In this document: in pieces, positions 25,120-38,030 of the stretch
Position numbering within the stretch: the first letter of the stretch is position 1
Layout of the letters: each line of letters opens with the position of its first letter
NCBI RefSeq assembly: GCF_004010195.1
Contig: NC_057711.1
Span: forward strand, 82,774,046-82,838,045
DNA: 64,000 nt
Direction of reading: 5' to 3'
Source: Chiloscyllium plagiosum
Lineage: Eukaryota
The notes under the pieces: model-generated
What the model saw: the letters and a program-made list of their open reading frames with translations, nothing else
Told to the model about the DNA's origin: nothing
Databases searched by the model: none
Program-made: the position numbers and the translations under genes

Positions 25120-27029
25120 TCCTGTTCCCTGGATGCTGCCTGACCTGCTGTGCTGTTCCAGCAATAAAGTTTCAAGCTCGCTTATTGACTCTCAGTTTGA
25201 ATTCTGCCAGAGCCTCTATGTTCCTGACCCCATTAGAGCCTTGATTCAAACATGGACAGTAGAGCTGAACTCTAGAGGTGATGTGAGAGTGACAGACTTT
25301 GATATCAAGGCCGCATTTATTTGTATAAGATTAAGTTTCTTAAGAAAACTAGAGTAAATGACAATCAGGAAAGAATCTCTGCTGGTTGGAAGTATACCTA
25401 GCGCAAAGGAAGATGGTTGTACTTTTGGAGGTCAGTCACTGCAGCTCCAGGAGTTTCTCAGGTAGCATGCTATGCCCAAATATCATCAGCTGCTTCATTA
25501 ATAAACTTTCCTCCATCTTGAAGTCAGAGTGAGTTGCTTGCTGATAGTTTCGTCTCGTTCAGAACAATTCACTCAGATACTAAGCAACCCAACGAGAGCT
25601 GGTTAAAATTTAAGCTTGGGCTGACAAATGGCAATTAATGGTCAAGCCACACAAGTGCCACACATTGACCACTTTCAACAAGTGAGAATATAATCATTGC
25701 CTCTTGGCATTCAGTGGCATTATTATCACTGAATCCTTCACTATCAACATTCTGGTGGACACAATTGACTGGAAACTGAACTGGACTAGCCACATAAATA
25801 CTTACGCTGCAAGAGTTGGTCAGGGGCTCAGAATACAGCAGAGAGTAACTCGCCTTGACTCCCCTAAGCCTATCCACCATCTACAAGGCATCAGAAAGGA
25901 CTGTGATGGAATACTCACCACTCGCCTGGATGAGTGCAGCTCCAACAACATTCAAGAAGCTTGACGCCTTCCAGGCATAGCAAGTGGCTTGATATACACA
26001 AACATTCAATATCTCTACTACCGACACAGGAGCAGCAGTGTCTACCATGTGTAAGTGAACTGTAGAAATTTATCAAGGCTTCTTAGACATCACTTTCCAA
26101 GCCCATGGCTGCTATTATCTGGAAAGATGAGGTCAGCAGATACAAAGAAACTCTACCATTATCTCTGAAGAAGGGTAACTGGACTCAAAACATTAACTCT
26201 GCTTTTCTCTGCAATTATTGCCAGATCTGCTGAGTTTCTTCTGCAAATTCTGTTCTTGTTTCAGATTTTCAGCATCCACAGTTCTTAATTTATTTTAGTA
26301 GGAATAAATAGGTCTTTTTCCAAGTAGCAGCCAGTGACTAGTGGGATATCACAGTGATTTGTGCATGGATCCCCAGCTGTTCATAATTGAATACATTATT
26401 AATGACTTAGATAAGTGAACTAAGTATACTATCTTCAAGTTTTCAGATGTCACAAGCTTGGTGGTAGGGTGAACTGAGTAGGATGTTGAGATGCGTCAGT
26501 GTGATTTGGATAAGTTCAATGAGTAAATACCTGGCATATGAAGTATAATGTGAATAAATGTGAAGAAACCCTTTGGTAGAATAAATAGGATGGCAGATTA
26601 TCATCTGAATGGTGATGGATTGGGAAATGGGGGAGGTGCAGTAAAACCTGAATGTCTTTGTACACCAGTCGCTGGAAACAAGCATGCAGATGCAGCGGCC
26701 GTGAAGAAAGCAAATGACATGTTGACCTTCATAGTGTGAGGATTTGAGTTTCTGCAGTTTTACAGGGCCTTGGTGAGACCAGCTTGGAGTATTGTGTGCA
26801 AGCTGAGGAAGGATGATCTGGCTATGGAGAGAGTGCAACAGAGGTTTACCAGACATATTCCCAGGATGGTAAGACTGATCGATGAAGAGAGATGATCAGG
26901 TTGGACTATTGCACTGAAGTTTAAGGAGGGGTCTGATAAAACTCTATAAAAACCTAACAGGACTAGATGGGGTAAATGCAAGAAACATGTTCCTAATGAC
27001 TGGGGACTCCAGAGTCAGCGGTCAAGGTT

Positions 27030-27415
27030 CATGGACACCAATTAGCCACGAAACAACATGACCAGCTATCCTTAGTAGCCACACACGCAGATGACAAGCA
27101 CATGAATTTGACTGGGACAACACTATTATTATAGGACAAGCCAAACAGAGAACAGCCAGGGAATTCCTGGAGGCATGGCACTCATCCACAGATTCAATCA
27201 ATAAGCACATCGACCTGGACCCAATATACCGACCACTGCAACGGACAGTTGGAACTGACAACCGGAAGCGGCAGATTTAAACCACTATAAGTGCCGGAGG
27301 AAAGATCACAGAAGCGCTTCACAGGAGGCTCCCAAGCACTGAGGATGTCACCTAGACAGGGGACGAAACGTCAGCAACACAAATTCCCAGCTCGGCGAAC
27401 AGAACCACAACAACA
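27030..27415 (+). mobile_element. Second PLE family: GIY-YIG C-terminus plus terminal repeat
   Basis: Reads HQLATKQHDQLSLVATHADDKQHEFDWDNTIIIGQAKQRTAREFLEAWHSSTDSINKHIDLDPIYRPL, typical of a PLE endonuclease C-terminus (not in the ORF track). Confidence 0.8.
27336..27375 (+). ncRNA. Minimal type I hammerhead motif (family B)
   Basis: gca CTGAGGA T GTCaCCT-agac-AGGgGAC GAAA CGTC agc; first helix I pair mismatched. Confidence 0.7.
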
Positions 27416-28224
27416 GGTTTAGAGAGATTTGGGCCAAATGCAGGAAAGTAGGGAAACTTGGTCAGCATGGACGAGTTGGACCGAAAAGTGTATTTCTGTG
27501 CTGTATGACTCTACATGTAATTAACTGAAAAAAGTATCATAAAAGTTCGGTTTGAATGAAAATAAACTTGTTTGAATGTATTAAAAGAAAAAAACAAGCA
27601 CCATGAACTAATATTCTAGTTTGTAACTACTTATGCTATGAATCCAGTTACCTTTACTCCCCACTCCCAGATACTGCCTGACCTGAATATTTCCAGCATT
27701 TCTGTAATACGGCAGATTAAATATTCAATTTTCAATTTAGTATACTGTATTTCCTACTCTCTTTGCAGTCTCCATAATTTGAAACATATAGGATTCTAAA
27801 GGGGTTTGAATGGTAAATGTTGAGCGAACGTTTCCCTCATGGGAGAGTCTTGGACCAGACAACATAGTCTCAGAATAAAGGTTTAAAATTTAAGATTCAG
27901 AGAAATAGGAATTTCTTCTCTCAGAGAATTGAGTGTCTTTGGAACTCTTTGCCACAGAGATCTGTAGGGCTGAACTCTTGTGTATGTTTAAGGATGTAAT
28001 AGATTATTGATTAATAGGGAAATCAAAGGTTATGGCGAAAGTGCAGGGCAATGGGTATAAGGAATGTTGGACCAGCCGTGATCCTATTGAGTGGCAGAGC
28101 AGGCAGAATGAATGGAACTGCCTACTCCTATTTCTTCTGGTTCTAAATCTTTGGTGAGATTAGGTCATTGTTTGTGGAAGATATCCAGAAGACAATATGA
28201 GCATTTGGTTGACTGCTATTTTCA

Positions 28225-28520
28225 TTCAAACTAATCTACTGTTTTGCTACTCACAATATGAACTCGTCTACATTGGGGTGATGAAACACAGACTTGGTAA
28301 CCACTTTGCGGAACACCTATGTTGTAGCCGTAAAAATGATCCAGAGTTTCCAATTGTCTCACTTTACACACCAATGTGTTTCAGTGCCAACATTTCTGTC
28401 TCTGCACTACTTCAGAGAGGCTCAATGCAAGCTGGATGAATAGCACTTCATCTTCTGTATGGGGACCTTACAGCTTTCAGGACTCAACATTCAGTTTAAC
28501 AATTTTAGAGCTTAAAAACC
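28225..28520 (+). mobile_element. Highly decayed PLE GIY-YIG fragment
   Basis: NLLFCYSQYELVYIGVMKHRLGNHFAEHL resembles the YIGETxRxLxxRFxEH motif of 20942-21436. Confidence 0.6.
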
Positions 28521-29719
28521 TTCTTCTATGTCAATTGCACTTCTCTCTTCCCCACAATGCAGGCCCTGACATGAATGGGATACTTTCAGCAGACCTGGGT
28601 TGTGGGCAAGGGTGACCTGCTGACGTTGATCTAAAACTGCTGTCAACCTATTTTTTTTATTGTCAGTTGGTCCATTACTTTTCCATTTGTATCTTGCATT
28701 AGGATCCCTTTTATTGTTCAGTCCTTCCGATCTTCTATCCTATCACATCATTCCTATTGCTTTTTTTTTTCTTGACCTAAAATGTTAAAGTTGTTCTTTC
28801 TCTATAGCTGTTGCCTGTTTTCTGGCTCCTGTTTCTGTTTTTATTTCAGATTGTCATCATCTGCAATATTCTGCTTCTGTTTTGCCAAAGCTGAGATGAG
28901 AGTCTCAAGATAACATACAAATCTTCAATATTCAAAGTGAAAGAAATTATCCACTATATTAGTATACTTCATGAGCTCCTGCCTGTACAACACTAACACA
29001 AATATACTCATCTTGAAGGATTTATGTAGAGTGAAGAGAATAAATGAGGACTGGTGAAGCTATAGCAAAGGAACAGGAACCAATTAAGAGACGATGTTGG
29101 GTAATCCTATATGGAAGATGGGGGAAAAAGTTGCAGCTGTACAAGCCGCTCCTTTTTTGAGGTATTTCCAGTGTTGGAGCTGATTTCCTCAAATCTTTGG
29201 AGCAGCAATTACTGTTTTATAAGCTGTTGCATTGTTTTGGAACTTTAGAAGAAAAGGAATCCAAACAATAGCTCTTTAAAAAAGGAGAAAGAGAAGATGC
29301 AGATACCATGTGGGAGGTGAAATAAATGGAGAAGTAAACCTGCATAGCTGTGTGACTGGGCAATGAACCAGCACAGCTGACTGTTTCTGCTGTTTAGTAA
29401 TATGTATCTCTGAACATCAGCATTCATTCTAAGAAAGGTAAACAAACAGTGAAATTCACAGTTGACCTTGGAGAAACCTGTGTGGGGAAGTGTGCAGTAG
29501 GAGAGCAGCTAAGTGGCTTATTTTCTAAAATGTATCCTTACTGTTTTTAGTTTGTGAATCTACATAGCAGAGTGGTTTGTTTTTTAATTGTATGTTTAAT
29601 TCAGATCTGTCTCTTGATTAAACTTTAAAAATATGAAGCATAGACACTGTTATTCTGCTGCAGTGTTTTTAGAGCAGTAAGACTGTGTTATTTTTGGGGT
29701 TTATAGATTGTGAAGGTGC

Positions 29720-32342
29720 AAAGATGGCCTTTAGTAGTGTGATGTGCTGTTCTTGATAATTATGTCTACAGGAAGTGTGTTTGGTTGCAAATCCTATTGG
29801 ATCTCATAGAATGGCAATTAGAGGCAATGAGAAATTTATAGGATCCTGTGGATGTGGTGGATGGGAATTTCAGGGAGGTAGAAAAACAGAAGATACAGTC
29901 ATCTAGATGGTTTACATCCAGGAAAGTTAGGAGGGGTAGGCAGGTAGTGCAGGAGTCTCCTGTGGCTATCCCCATCTCAAACAAGTATGCTGTTTTGGAA
30001 AATGTAGGGGATGATGCACTCTCTGGGGAATGTATCACCGACAGCTATGTTTCTGGTACTAAGAATGACTCCACTGTAATGTCAGATTCTAAGCGATCAA
30101 TTGTGATAGGGGACTCTCTAGTCAGAGGCTGACAACAAAACATAGAATGGTGTGTTGCCTCCTTGATACAAGCTTCAAGGATATCTCAGAGAGAGTGCAG
30201 AATATTCTCAAAGGGGAGAACGTCCAGCAGGAGCTCATTGTACACATTGGAACTAACAAAATAGGGTGAGAAAAATAGGAGATTCTGAGGAGAGAATACA
30301 GGAAATTAACAGGAATTTAAAAAGGAGGTCCTCGAGGGTAGTCCTATTTGGATTACTGCTGGTGCCATGAGCTAGTGAGAGTAGGAATAGGAGGATTGAG
30401 CAGATGAATGCGTGATGGAGAAGCTGGGGCAGGGGTGAAAGATTCACATTTTTAGATCATTGGAATCTCTTCTACAGCTGAAAAGCAAGTGAAGGGATGA
30501 TCTATGATCTGATTAATTAATCTGAGGCAGCGAGATAATTATATAAAATTAAAAATGAGATGGGTGTTGGAGACGAAGATCTGTCTTTACTTGCTATTTA
30601 GATGGTGACACTTTAGTCACACAGCCTGACACTTTTTATCATCTGCAAAGACTTGGTATTTAACTGTCGGCACTCCATTCACACCATTTGCACAATCTTT
30701 TGATCTGTCCGCCTATAAATTCTCTGTCTGTGTATTTCCGTCCACCTCACCTGTTGAAAGAGTAGCGCTCTGAAAGCTTGTGATTTCAAATAAACCTGTT
30801 GGACTGTAACCCGCTGTCATGTGACTTCTGACCTTGTCCACCGCAGTCTGACATTGGCACCTCTGCATACTTTGGAGAAGGATATAGAAGCTAGAGAACT
30901 TGGGGAAATAAATAGTGACATCTTGAAAAATGTCCATATTACAGAGGTGCTGGATGTCTTAAAATGCGTAAAGATGGATAAATTCCTGGGATCTGATCAG
31001 GAACTTTGTGGGAAGCTAGAGAAATGATTGCTGGGCCTCTTGCTGAGATATTTGTATCATCGATAGCCACAGGTGAGGTGCAGGGAGACTGGAGGTTGGC
31101 TATAATGGTGCCACTATTTAAGAAAGGTGGTAAGGAGAAGCCAGGGAATTATAGACTGGTGAGCCTGATATCTATGTGATCTGTATGGACTTCAGTAAGG
31201 TGTTTTGACAAGGTTCCGCATGGCAGACTGGTTAGCAATGTTAGGTCACTTGGAATACAGGGAAAACCAGCTATTTGGATACAGAACTGGCTTGAAAGTA
31301 GAAGACAGAAGGTGTGGTGGGGTGTTGATTTTTAGGTTGGAGGCCTGTGACCAGCAGAGTGCCATAAGGATTGGTGCTGGGTCCACTTTTTTTTCATTTA
31401 CATAAATGATTTGGATGAGAACATAGGAGATGTGTTTGGTAAGTTTGCTGCTGATGCCAAAATTGGTGGTGTAGTGGACAGTGAAGACAATTATCTCCGA
31501 GTACAACATGACCTTGATCTGATGGGCGGGTGTTACGAGGAGTGACAGATTGAGTTTAATTTAGATAAATGTGAGATGCTACATTTTGGAAAGGTAAATC
31601 AGAGCAGGCCTTATACACTTAATGATAAGGTGTTGCTGCATAAAGAGACCTTGGAGTGCAGGTCAATAATTCCTTGAAAGTAGAGTTGCAAATAGACAGG
31701 ATAATGAAGAAGGTGTTTGGTTTGCTTGCCTTTATTGGTCAGTGTGTTGAGTTTTGGAGTTGAGAGATAGTGTTGTGGCTGTACAGTACATTGGTCAGGT
31801 CACTTTTGGAATACTGTGTTCAATTCTGTTCTCCCTGCTTTAGAAAGGATGTTGTGAAACTTGAAAGAGTACATTCAGGAAAGATTTACAAAGATGTTGT
31901 TAGGGTTGGAGAGTGTGAGCTATAGGGAGAGGCTGAATAGGTTGGGCATATTTTCCCTATGGCGTTGGAGACTGAGGAGTGACCTTGTAGAAGTTTATGA
32001 AATCATGAGAGGCATAGAAAAGGTGAATAGCCCAGAGTAGTGGAATCCAAAACTAGAGGGCATAGGTTTAGGGTGAGGGGGGAAAGATTTAAAAGAGACC
32101 TAAGGGGCAACATTTTACACAGAGGGTGGTGCCTGCATAAATGAGCTGCCAGAGGAGGTGGTGAAGGCTGGTACAATTACAACATTTAAAAGATATCTGG
32201 ATGGGTATATGAACAGGAATGGTTTAGAAGGATATGGGCCACATGCTAGAAAATGGGACTAGATTAATTTAGGATATCTGGTCATCATGGACCAGTTGGA
32301 CCAGAGTGTCTGTTTCTATGCTGTGCAACTTTATTAATCTAA
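29720..32342 (+). mobile_element. CR1/HER1 LINE, ORF1 remnant plus internally deleted ORF2 and 3' tail, interrupted by a PLE terminal fragment (~30480-30865)
   Basis: ORF1 QESPVAIPISNKYAVLE...IVIGDSLVRG (esterase GDS motif); ORF2 KEKPGNYRLVSL, YINDLD, SKFAADAK; tail ttggaccagagtgtctgtttctatgctgt. Confidence 0.8.
30747..30783 (+). ncRNA. Decayed hammerhead motif (family C)
   Basis: tcac CTGTTGA A AGAGT-agc-GCTCT GAAA GCTT gtga; helices I and II pair, core A6 is mutated. Confidence 0.55.
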
Positions 32343-33602
32343 GTAGCCAGGTTCAGATGCTCATCTGCTGGGGTTGCTTTTCCAAGTGAGTTCTAAAGGG
32401 AACCTTCCCTTTGTTGCCACCTTGAGAACATTTATAGAGCTCTGCATGGAAAGACAGAGACTCTTCTGAATTACCGTTCTGCTTAGCTTCTACAATCTGA
32501 TATGTTCATAAATCTGCAGTCCATTGTGTAACTAAACTGCGAGACTGGCAATTGACCTGTTTTTGATCAGGAGTGGTGGCAGTGAAGTTAAAAGGACTCG
32601 TGAGAGTAGAGAAGCCCAGAAACAGCTAGACCTGTGGTAAAGCTGTTCAATAAAACCAGAATGTGAGAACAGTTAGATAATTGGTGTGATAAAGGTAAAG
32701 TGTTGCAGATGATGGAAACCTGAAAGAAACAAACACAGAGAATACTAAAGAAACTCTGCACATCTGGTGGCATCTGTTAATGCTTTGAGACTGGTATGTC
32801 TCCTTTTCAGAATGGATACATTTTAAGAAGAATCATATTGGACTTGAAATGTTCAATGAAATGTTTTTGTCGCCACAAGTGCTACCAGACCTGCTGAGTT
32901 TCTCCAGATAATTGGTGGATAGTTCTTTCTTGATCCTTGTGACTGGATATTGCTTTATGGCTATGAGTACAGCTTACAAACTTCATGTAGATAATTATTT
33001 TAAAAGTTCAAGCTTTAGAAATTCTTAGCTTTATAGATTCAAGGAGTTCTGGTTGTTTATCTGACATAACAGAAGATATTCTGGTAAAATAAAAGGCTCC
33101 ATATTTTATTTAGCTATGTCTAGGGAACTCAGGCCTATAACTTTCAAATGGTGCACTGTGTGGAAAATTCTAGAATCTCCTGGCAGTCTGCATGACCATG
33201 TATGCAGAAAATGCATCTGGCTAGATCAACTCAAGCTTTGGATTTTGGAGCTTGACCTGCTGCTGATGATACAAAAATGTGTTCATGATGCTGGGAGGTT
33301 CTTTAGCATGTCTCATGATGTGATCACCCTGCAACATAATGAGATTCTGACAGAAAAGGAATGGGTGACAATCAGCTAGAAATAGGGGACCAGAAAGATA
33401 GTGAGGGAATTCCATAAGTACATCTCATACACAGTCTGCTTTTTTGCTTTGAGAAAATGTGAGACTAATGGTTTTTCTGCGGAGGCTCGCCAGAGCCCTG
33501 GAGATATCCAGCTGCTCATAGGTGGAGAGATATGCTTGGAAAGGCAATAGTAGGAGGGGATTTATTAGTGAGGCAAATAGATAGGTGCTTCAGTGGTTTT
33601 AT

Positions 33603-34113
33603 AAAGTTAAAAATCACACGACACCAGGTTATAGTCCAACAGGTTTATTTGGAAGCACTAGCTTTCGGAGCGCTGCTACTTCAGGTGGTTGCGGAGTATA
33701 AGATTGTAAGACAGAATTTATAGCAAAAGTTTATAGTGTGATGTAACTGAAATTATATATTGAAGAAGACCTGGTTTGTTTGTTAAGTCTTTCATCTTTT
33801 AGAATGACTTGAGAATGTAACATCTAAAAAGGTTTTGTGATTTACATATGAAAGCACGGAAAACAACATGGTTATTCTAAAAGATAAGAGACTTAACAAG
33901 CAATCTAGGTCTTTTTCAATGTATAATTTCAGTTACATCACACTGTAAACTTTTGCTATAAATTTTGTGTCTTACAATCATACTCCACCACCACCTGATG
34001 AAGGAGCAGCGCTCCGAAAGCTGGTGCTTCCAAATAAATCTATTGAACTATAACCTGGTGTTGTGTGATTTTTAACTTTGTACACCCCAGTCCAACACCG
34101 GCGTCTCCAAATC
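33603..34113. mobile_element. Fold-back mini-element with ~200-bp inverted arms (third PLE-type terminal-repeat family), inserted in CR1 ORF1
   Basis: aaagttaaaaatcacacgacaccaggttatag... mirrored by ...ctataacctggtgttgtgtgatttttaacttt; degenerate TSD tggttttata / tggctttaga. Confidence 0.8.
33991..34026 (+). ncRNA. Minimal type I hammerhead motif (family C)
   Basis: cac CTGATGA A GGAGC-agc-GCTCC GAAA GCT g gtg; palindromic AGCU helix III; cleavage base is G here but A in the opposite arm. Confidence 0.7.
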
Positions 34114-34227
34114 TATGGCTTTAGATGTGACTCCTGGATACTGTGTTGTTGCCTGGCTAACAGAGTCAAGGATGCCATTAAACTCCTCCAGGCTTTCTGG
34201 AGTGGGAGTGTGAACAGCCAGAGGTTA

Positions 34228-36320
34228 TAGAAACATAGAAAATAGGTGCAGGAATAGGCCATTCAGCCTTTGAACCTGCACCATCATTCAACATGATCAT
34301 GGAATTTCAGTATCCCATTCCTGCTTTCTCTCAATGCCCCCGATACCTTTAGCTGCAAGGGTTACATCTAGCTCCCTCTTGAAAATATCTAATGAACTGG
34401 CCTCAACAGCTTCCTGGGTGAGAGAATTCCACAGGTTCACAACTCTGAGTGAAGAAATTCTCCCTCATCTCAGTCCTGAATGACTTACCCCTTATTCTTA
34501 GACTGTGACCCAACATCGGCAACGTTCTTCCCTCATCTAACCTGTCAAGTCTCATTAGGATTTTATATCTTTCTGCGAGATCCCCCCCCATTCTTCTAAA
34601 TTCTAGTGAGTACAAGCCCAGTCAATCCTGCTATCCTAGAAGTCAGTCTGGTGAACCTTTGTTGGACTCCCTCAATAGCAAGAATGTCCTTCCTCAGACA
34701 AGGAGACAAAAATGTACACAATAGTCAAGGTGTGTGGCCTTACCTAGGCCTTGTATAACTGCAGCTGAAAAATGTGTTGCTGGAAAAGCGCAGCAGGTCA
34801 GGCAGCATCCAAGGAGCAGGAGAATCGACGTTTTGGGCATAAGCCCTTCTTCAGGACTTGTTTAACTGCAGCAAGACATCCTTACTCCGATATTCAAATC
34901 ATCTTGCTATGAAGGCTAGCATGCCATTAGCTTTCCTCATCACCCGCACCAACCTTCAGGGACTGTCCCACTGTGACATCCAGGTCTCATTGCACCTCAA
35001 CTTTTCCTAAACTGCCACCATTCATATGAAATTCTGACTTTTGCTTTTAGAGATGAAAGTGGATAATCTCATATTTATCCACATTATATTGCATTTGCCA
35101 AGTATTTGCCCACTCATCCAGTCTGTCCAAGTCACCCTACAGCCTCTGAGGATCCTCCTCACAGCACACACTACCACCCAGCTTAGTGTCATTTCCAAAT
35201 TTGGAGACATTGCATTCAATTTATTTATCCAAATCGTTAATGTATATTGTGAACAGCTGAGGTCCCAGCTCTGAATAATGTGGCATCTCACTCATCACTG
35301 ACTGCCACTCTATAAAGGACCCATTTATTCCAACTCTCTGCTTCCTGTGTGCCGATCAGTTCTCTGTCCGATACCATGAGCTTTAATTCTCCTTATAAAT
35401 CTCTTGCGTGGAACCTTGTCAAAAGCCTTTTGAAAGTCCAGGTACACAACATCTACTAATTCACCCTTGCCCAATCTAATGGTCATACCCTCAAAAGATT
35501 CTGGAAGATTTTACAAGCATGATTTCCCCATTGTGAATTCATGCTGACTAGGACTGATTCTGTCACCGCTTTCCAAATGCTCAGTTATTACATCTTTAAT
35601 AATTGACTCCACCATTTTCCCCACCACCAATGTCAGGCTAACTGGCATACAATTCCACATTTTCTCTCTCCCTCCTATTTTAAAGAGTGGGGCTAGACTA
35701 GCTACCTTCCAGTCCATTGGAATGCTGGAAAATAATCACAAATGTATTTGCTATTTCTAGGGCCACTTCCTTGAGTACTTTGGGATGCAGAGCATCAGGC
35801 ACTGGAGACTTATTGGGTTTTAATCCCATCAATTTCTCAATACATTTCGTGACTAATAAGGATTTCCTTCAGTTCCTCCTTCATGTTTGACCCTTCATCC
35901 CCTAGCATTTCCTGAAGGTTATTTGTGTCCTCCTTAGTGAAAACAGATCCAAAGTATTTATTCAATTGTTTTACCATCTCATTGTTGTCCATTATGAATT
36001 CACCTAATTCTAACTGCAAGGCACCTACATTTATCTTCACCAGTCTTTTTCCTCTTCACTTATCTTTAAAAGCTTTTGCAGTCCGTTTTTATGTTTTCTA
36101 CAAGCTTACTTTCATATTCCATTTTCCCCTTCTAAATTAAACCCTCTGTCTTCCTCTGCTGAATTTTAAATTTCTCCCAGTCCTCAGGTTTGCTGATTTT
36201 TCTGGCCAATTTATATGACTCCACTTTGGCTTTAATACTATCCCTGATCTCCCTTGTTAGCCATGATTTCACCATCTTCCCTGTTTTACTCTTATTCCTG
36301 ATAGGGATGTATAGTTGTTG
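34228..36320 (-). mobile_element. CR1 LINE ORF2 fragment, decayed
   Basis: LNKYFGSVFTKED, DWKVASLAPLFKIGGREK, YSLEFRRMGGDL and 3' tail (tttcta)n. Confidence 0.85.
34766..34856 (-). mobile_element. 91-bp hammerhead-containing PLE terminal fragment with 16-bp TSD
   Basis: cttgtataactgcagc (34750-34765) / cttgtttaactgcagc (34857-34872); minus strand CTGAAGAagggcttatgcccAAAAcgtc. Confidence 0.85.
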
Positions 36321-36614
36321 AAGTTGTTACAATTGTTATGGTCCATGTTTGGAACAATGACACATGAAGAAAGAAATGAGCCCTGTAAGCAAATTTCAGG
36401 GAATTAGGTAGTAAATTGAAAAGCAGGACTTTAAAGGCAATAATTCCTGGATTACTCCCAGTGCTACACAGAATTGAGTATAGGAATAAAAAGATAGAGT
36501 AGATGAATGCATGGCTAGAAGAATAGTACAGGATAGAGGGCTTAGATTACTAAGGCATTGGGGCCATTTTTGGGGGAGGTGAGACCTGGCAAGTTAGATA
36601 GCCTACATTTAAGT

Positions 36615-38030
36615 AAGAACAAAGAACAGTATGGCACAGGAACCGGCCCTTTGGCCCACTAAGACTGCACCGACACATGATGTCTTGCTAAATTAAAAAC
36701 CTTTTTCCTCTATGAATCCCTCTATGCTCAAATATCTGTCCAGATGCAGCTTAAATGTTACTCTTGTATCCACCTCTGCCACTCCCTCTGGCTGCACATT
36801 CCAGGCATTTACTACCACCTATGTAAAAAAAACTTGTCTCTCACATCTTTAAACTTGCTCCCTTTTACCTTAAACCTATGTCCTCATGTAATTTATATTT
36901 ATACCCTGGAAAAAAGACTCTGGCCATCCATGCTTCTCGTAATTTTGTAAACTTCTGTCAGATCTCACCTCATCCTTCAATGTTCAAATGAAAACAACCC
37001 AAGTTTGTACAATTTCTCCTAATACCCTCTGAATCAGGTAACACCTGGTACATCAGGTAACATCTGTAGATATTTTCTGTACCCTCTCCAAAGCCTTCAT
37101 ATCCTTCTGGTAGTGTGGTGACTGGAACTGTATACAATATTCCAAATGTGCCCTAATGAAAGTTCTATACAGCTGCAACATGACTTGCCAATTTTTATAC
37201 TCTATGCCCTAATGCCACCTTGACCACCCTTACCCACTTGTGTTGCCACTTTCAGGAAAGTGTGGATCTGTATGCTTAGATCCTTTTGCATATTGATGCT
37301 GTTAAAGGTTCTGCTACTTACTGTATACTTCCCTCCTGCATTTGGTCTTCTCAAATGCATCCATTTACAACTGTCTGGATTAAACTCCATTTGACATTTC
37401 TCTGCCTAAGTCTCCAGCCTAGCTGTATGCTATTATATCCTCTGATAACCCTCCTCACTATCTGCAGCTCCCCCAGTCTTTGTGTTGTCCACAAACTTTC
37501 TAATCAGGCCATCTACATTCTCCTCTAAATAATTTATATAGGTCATAAACAACAGGACTCCCAGCACTGATCCCTGCAGGACACCATTGGACACAGATCA
37601 ATCATCAGAAAGTACCCTTAGTCTTCTATGACTAAGACAGTTCTGTATCTATCTTACCAGGTCTGTGCGGATCCCATGTGACTTCACCTTCTGTATCAGT
37701 CTGCCATGGGGGACCTTGTGAAAGACCTTGCTAAAGTCCACATAGCCCTGCCCACATAATCATCTTTGTCAGTTCCTCAAAGAGCTCAATGAAGTTTGTG
37801 AGGTATGACCTTCCCTGCACAAAGCCATGCTGCCCATCACTAGTAAGTCCATATTTTCTCCAGTAAATTTCCTTCAACTGATGTAAGGCTCACTGGCTTG
37901 TAATTTCCTGGATTATCCCTGTTGCTCTTCTTAAACAAAGGAAGAAATTGGCTATTCTCAAGTCCTCTGGGATCTCTCCTGTACCAAAGTAGATACAAAC
38001 ATTTTGTACAAGTCCCCAGCAATTTCCTCA
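36615..38030 (-). mobile_element. CR1 LINE RT fragment with 3' tail
   Basis: PLFKKSNRDNPGNYKPVSLTSV, MEFNPDSC, tail aagaacaaagaacag. Confidence 0.8.

Larger units (their letters stand above)
24367..25174. mobile_element. Young PLE-derived composite insertion: two tandem terminal repeats (320-bp period, minus strand) plus one inverted copy
   Basis: TSD agctcgcttattga at 24353-24366 and 25175-25188; repeats start gaggagaaagtgaggtctgcag at 24365 and 24685; inverted arm ~24921-25174. Confidence 0.9.
24200..26160 (+). mobile_element. Old non-LTR retrotransposon RT fragment (second CR1/L2-group family), split by the PLE insertion
   Basis: YRPISxL...SQFEFCQ...ALIQTWTVELNSRGDVRVTDFDIKAAF continues across the insertion; related copies near 2080-3170, 14180-16060 and 54310-55880. 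Confidence 0.7.
26300..27512 (+). mobile_element. Decayed CR1 LINE RT/3' end, interrupted by a PLE fragment
   Basis: ccagtgactagtgggatatcacag, tacagggccttggtgagaccagcttggagtattgtg, and 3' tail atggacgagttggaccgaa...gtgctgtatgactcta. Confidence 0.7.

Noticed and set aside
26160..26205. Additional hammerhead-like remnants (ctgaagaagggtaactggactcaaaacatt; also ~32820, ~44830, ~48960)
   Set aside because: Too degenerate to draw helices confidently; probably decayed copies of further PLE termini, so not listed as features.
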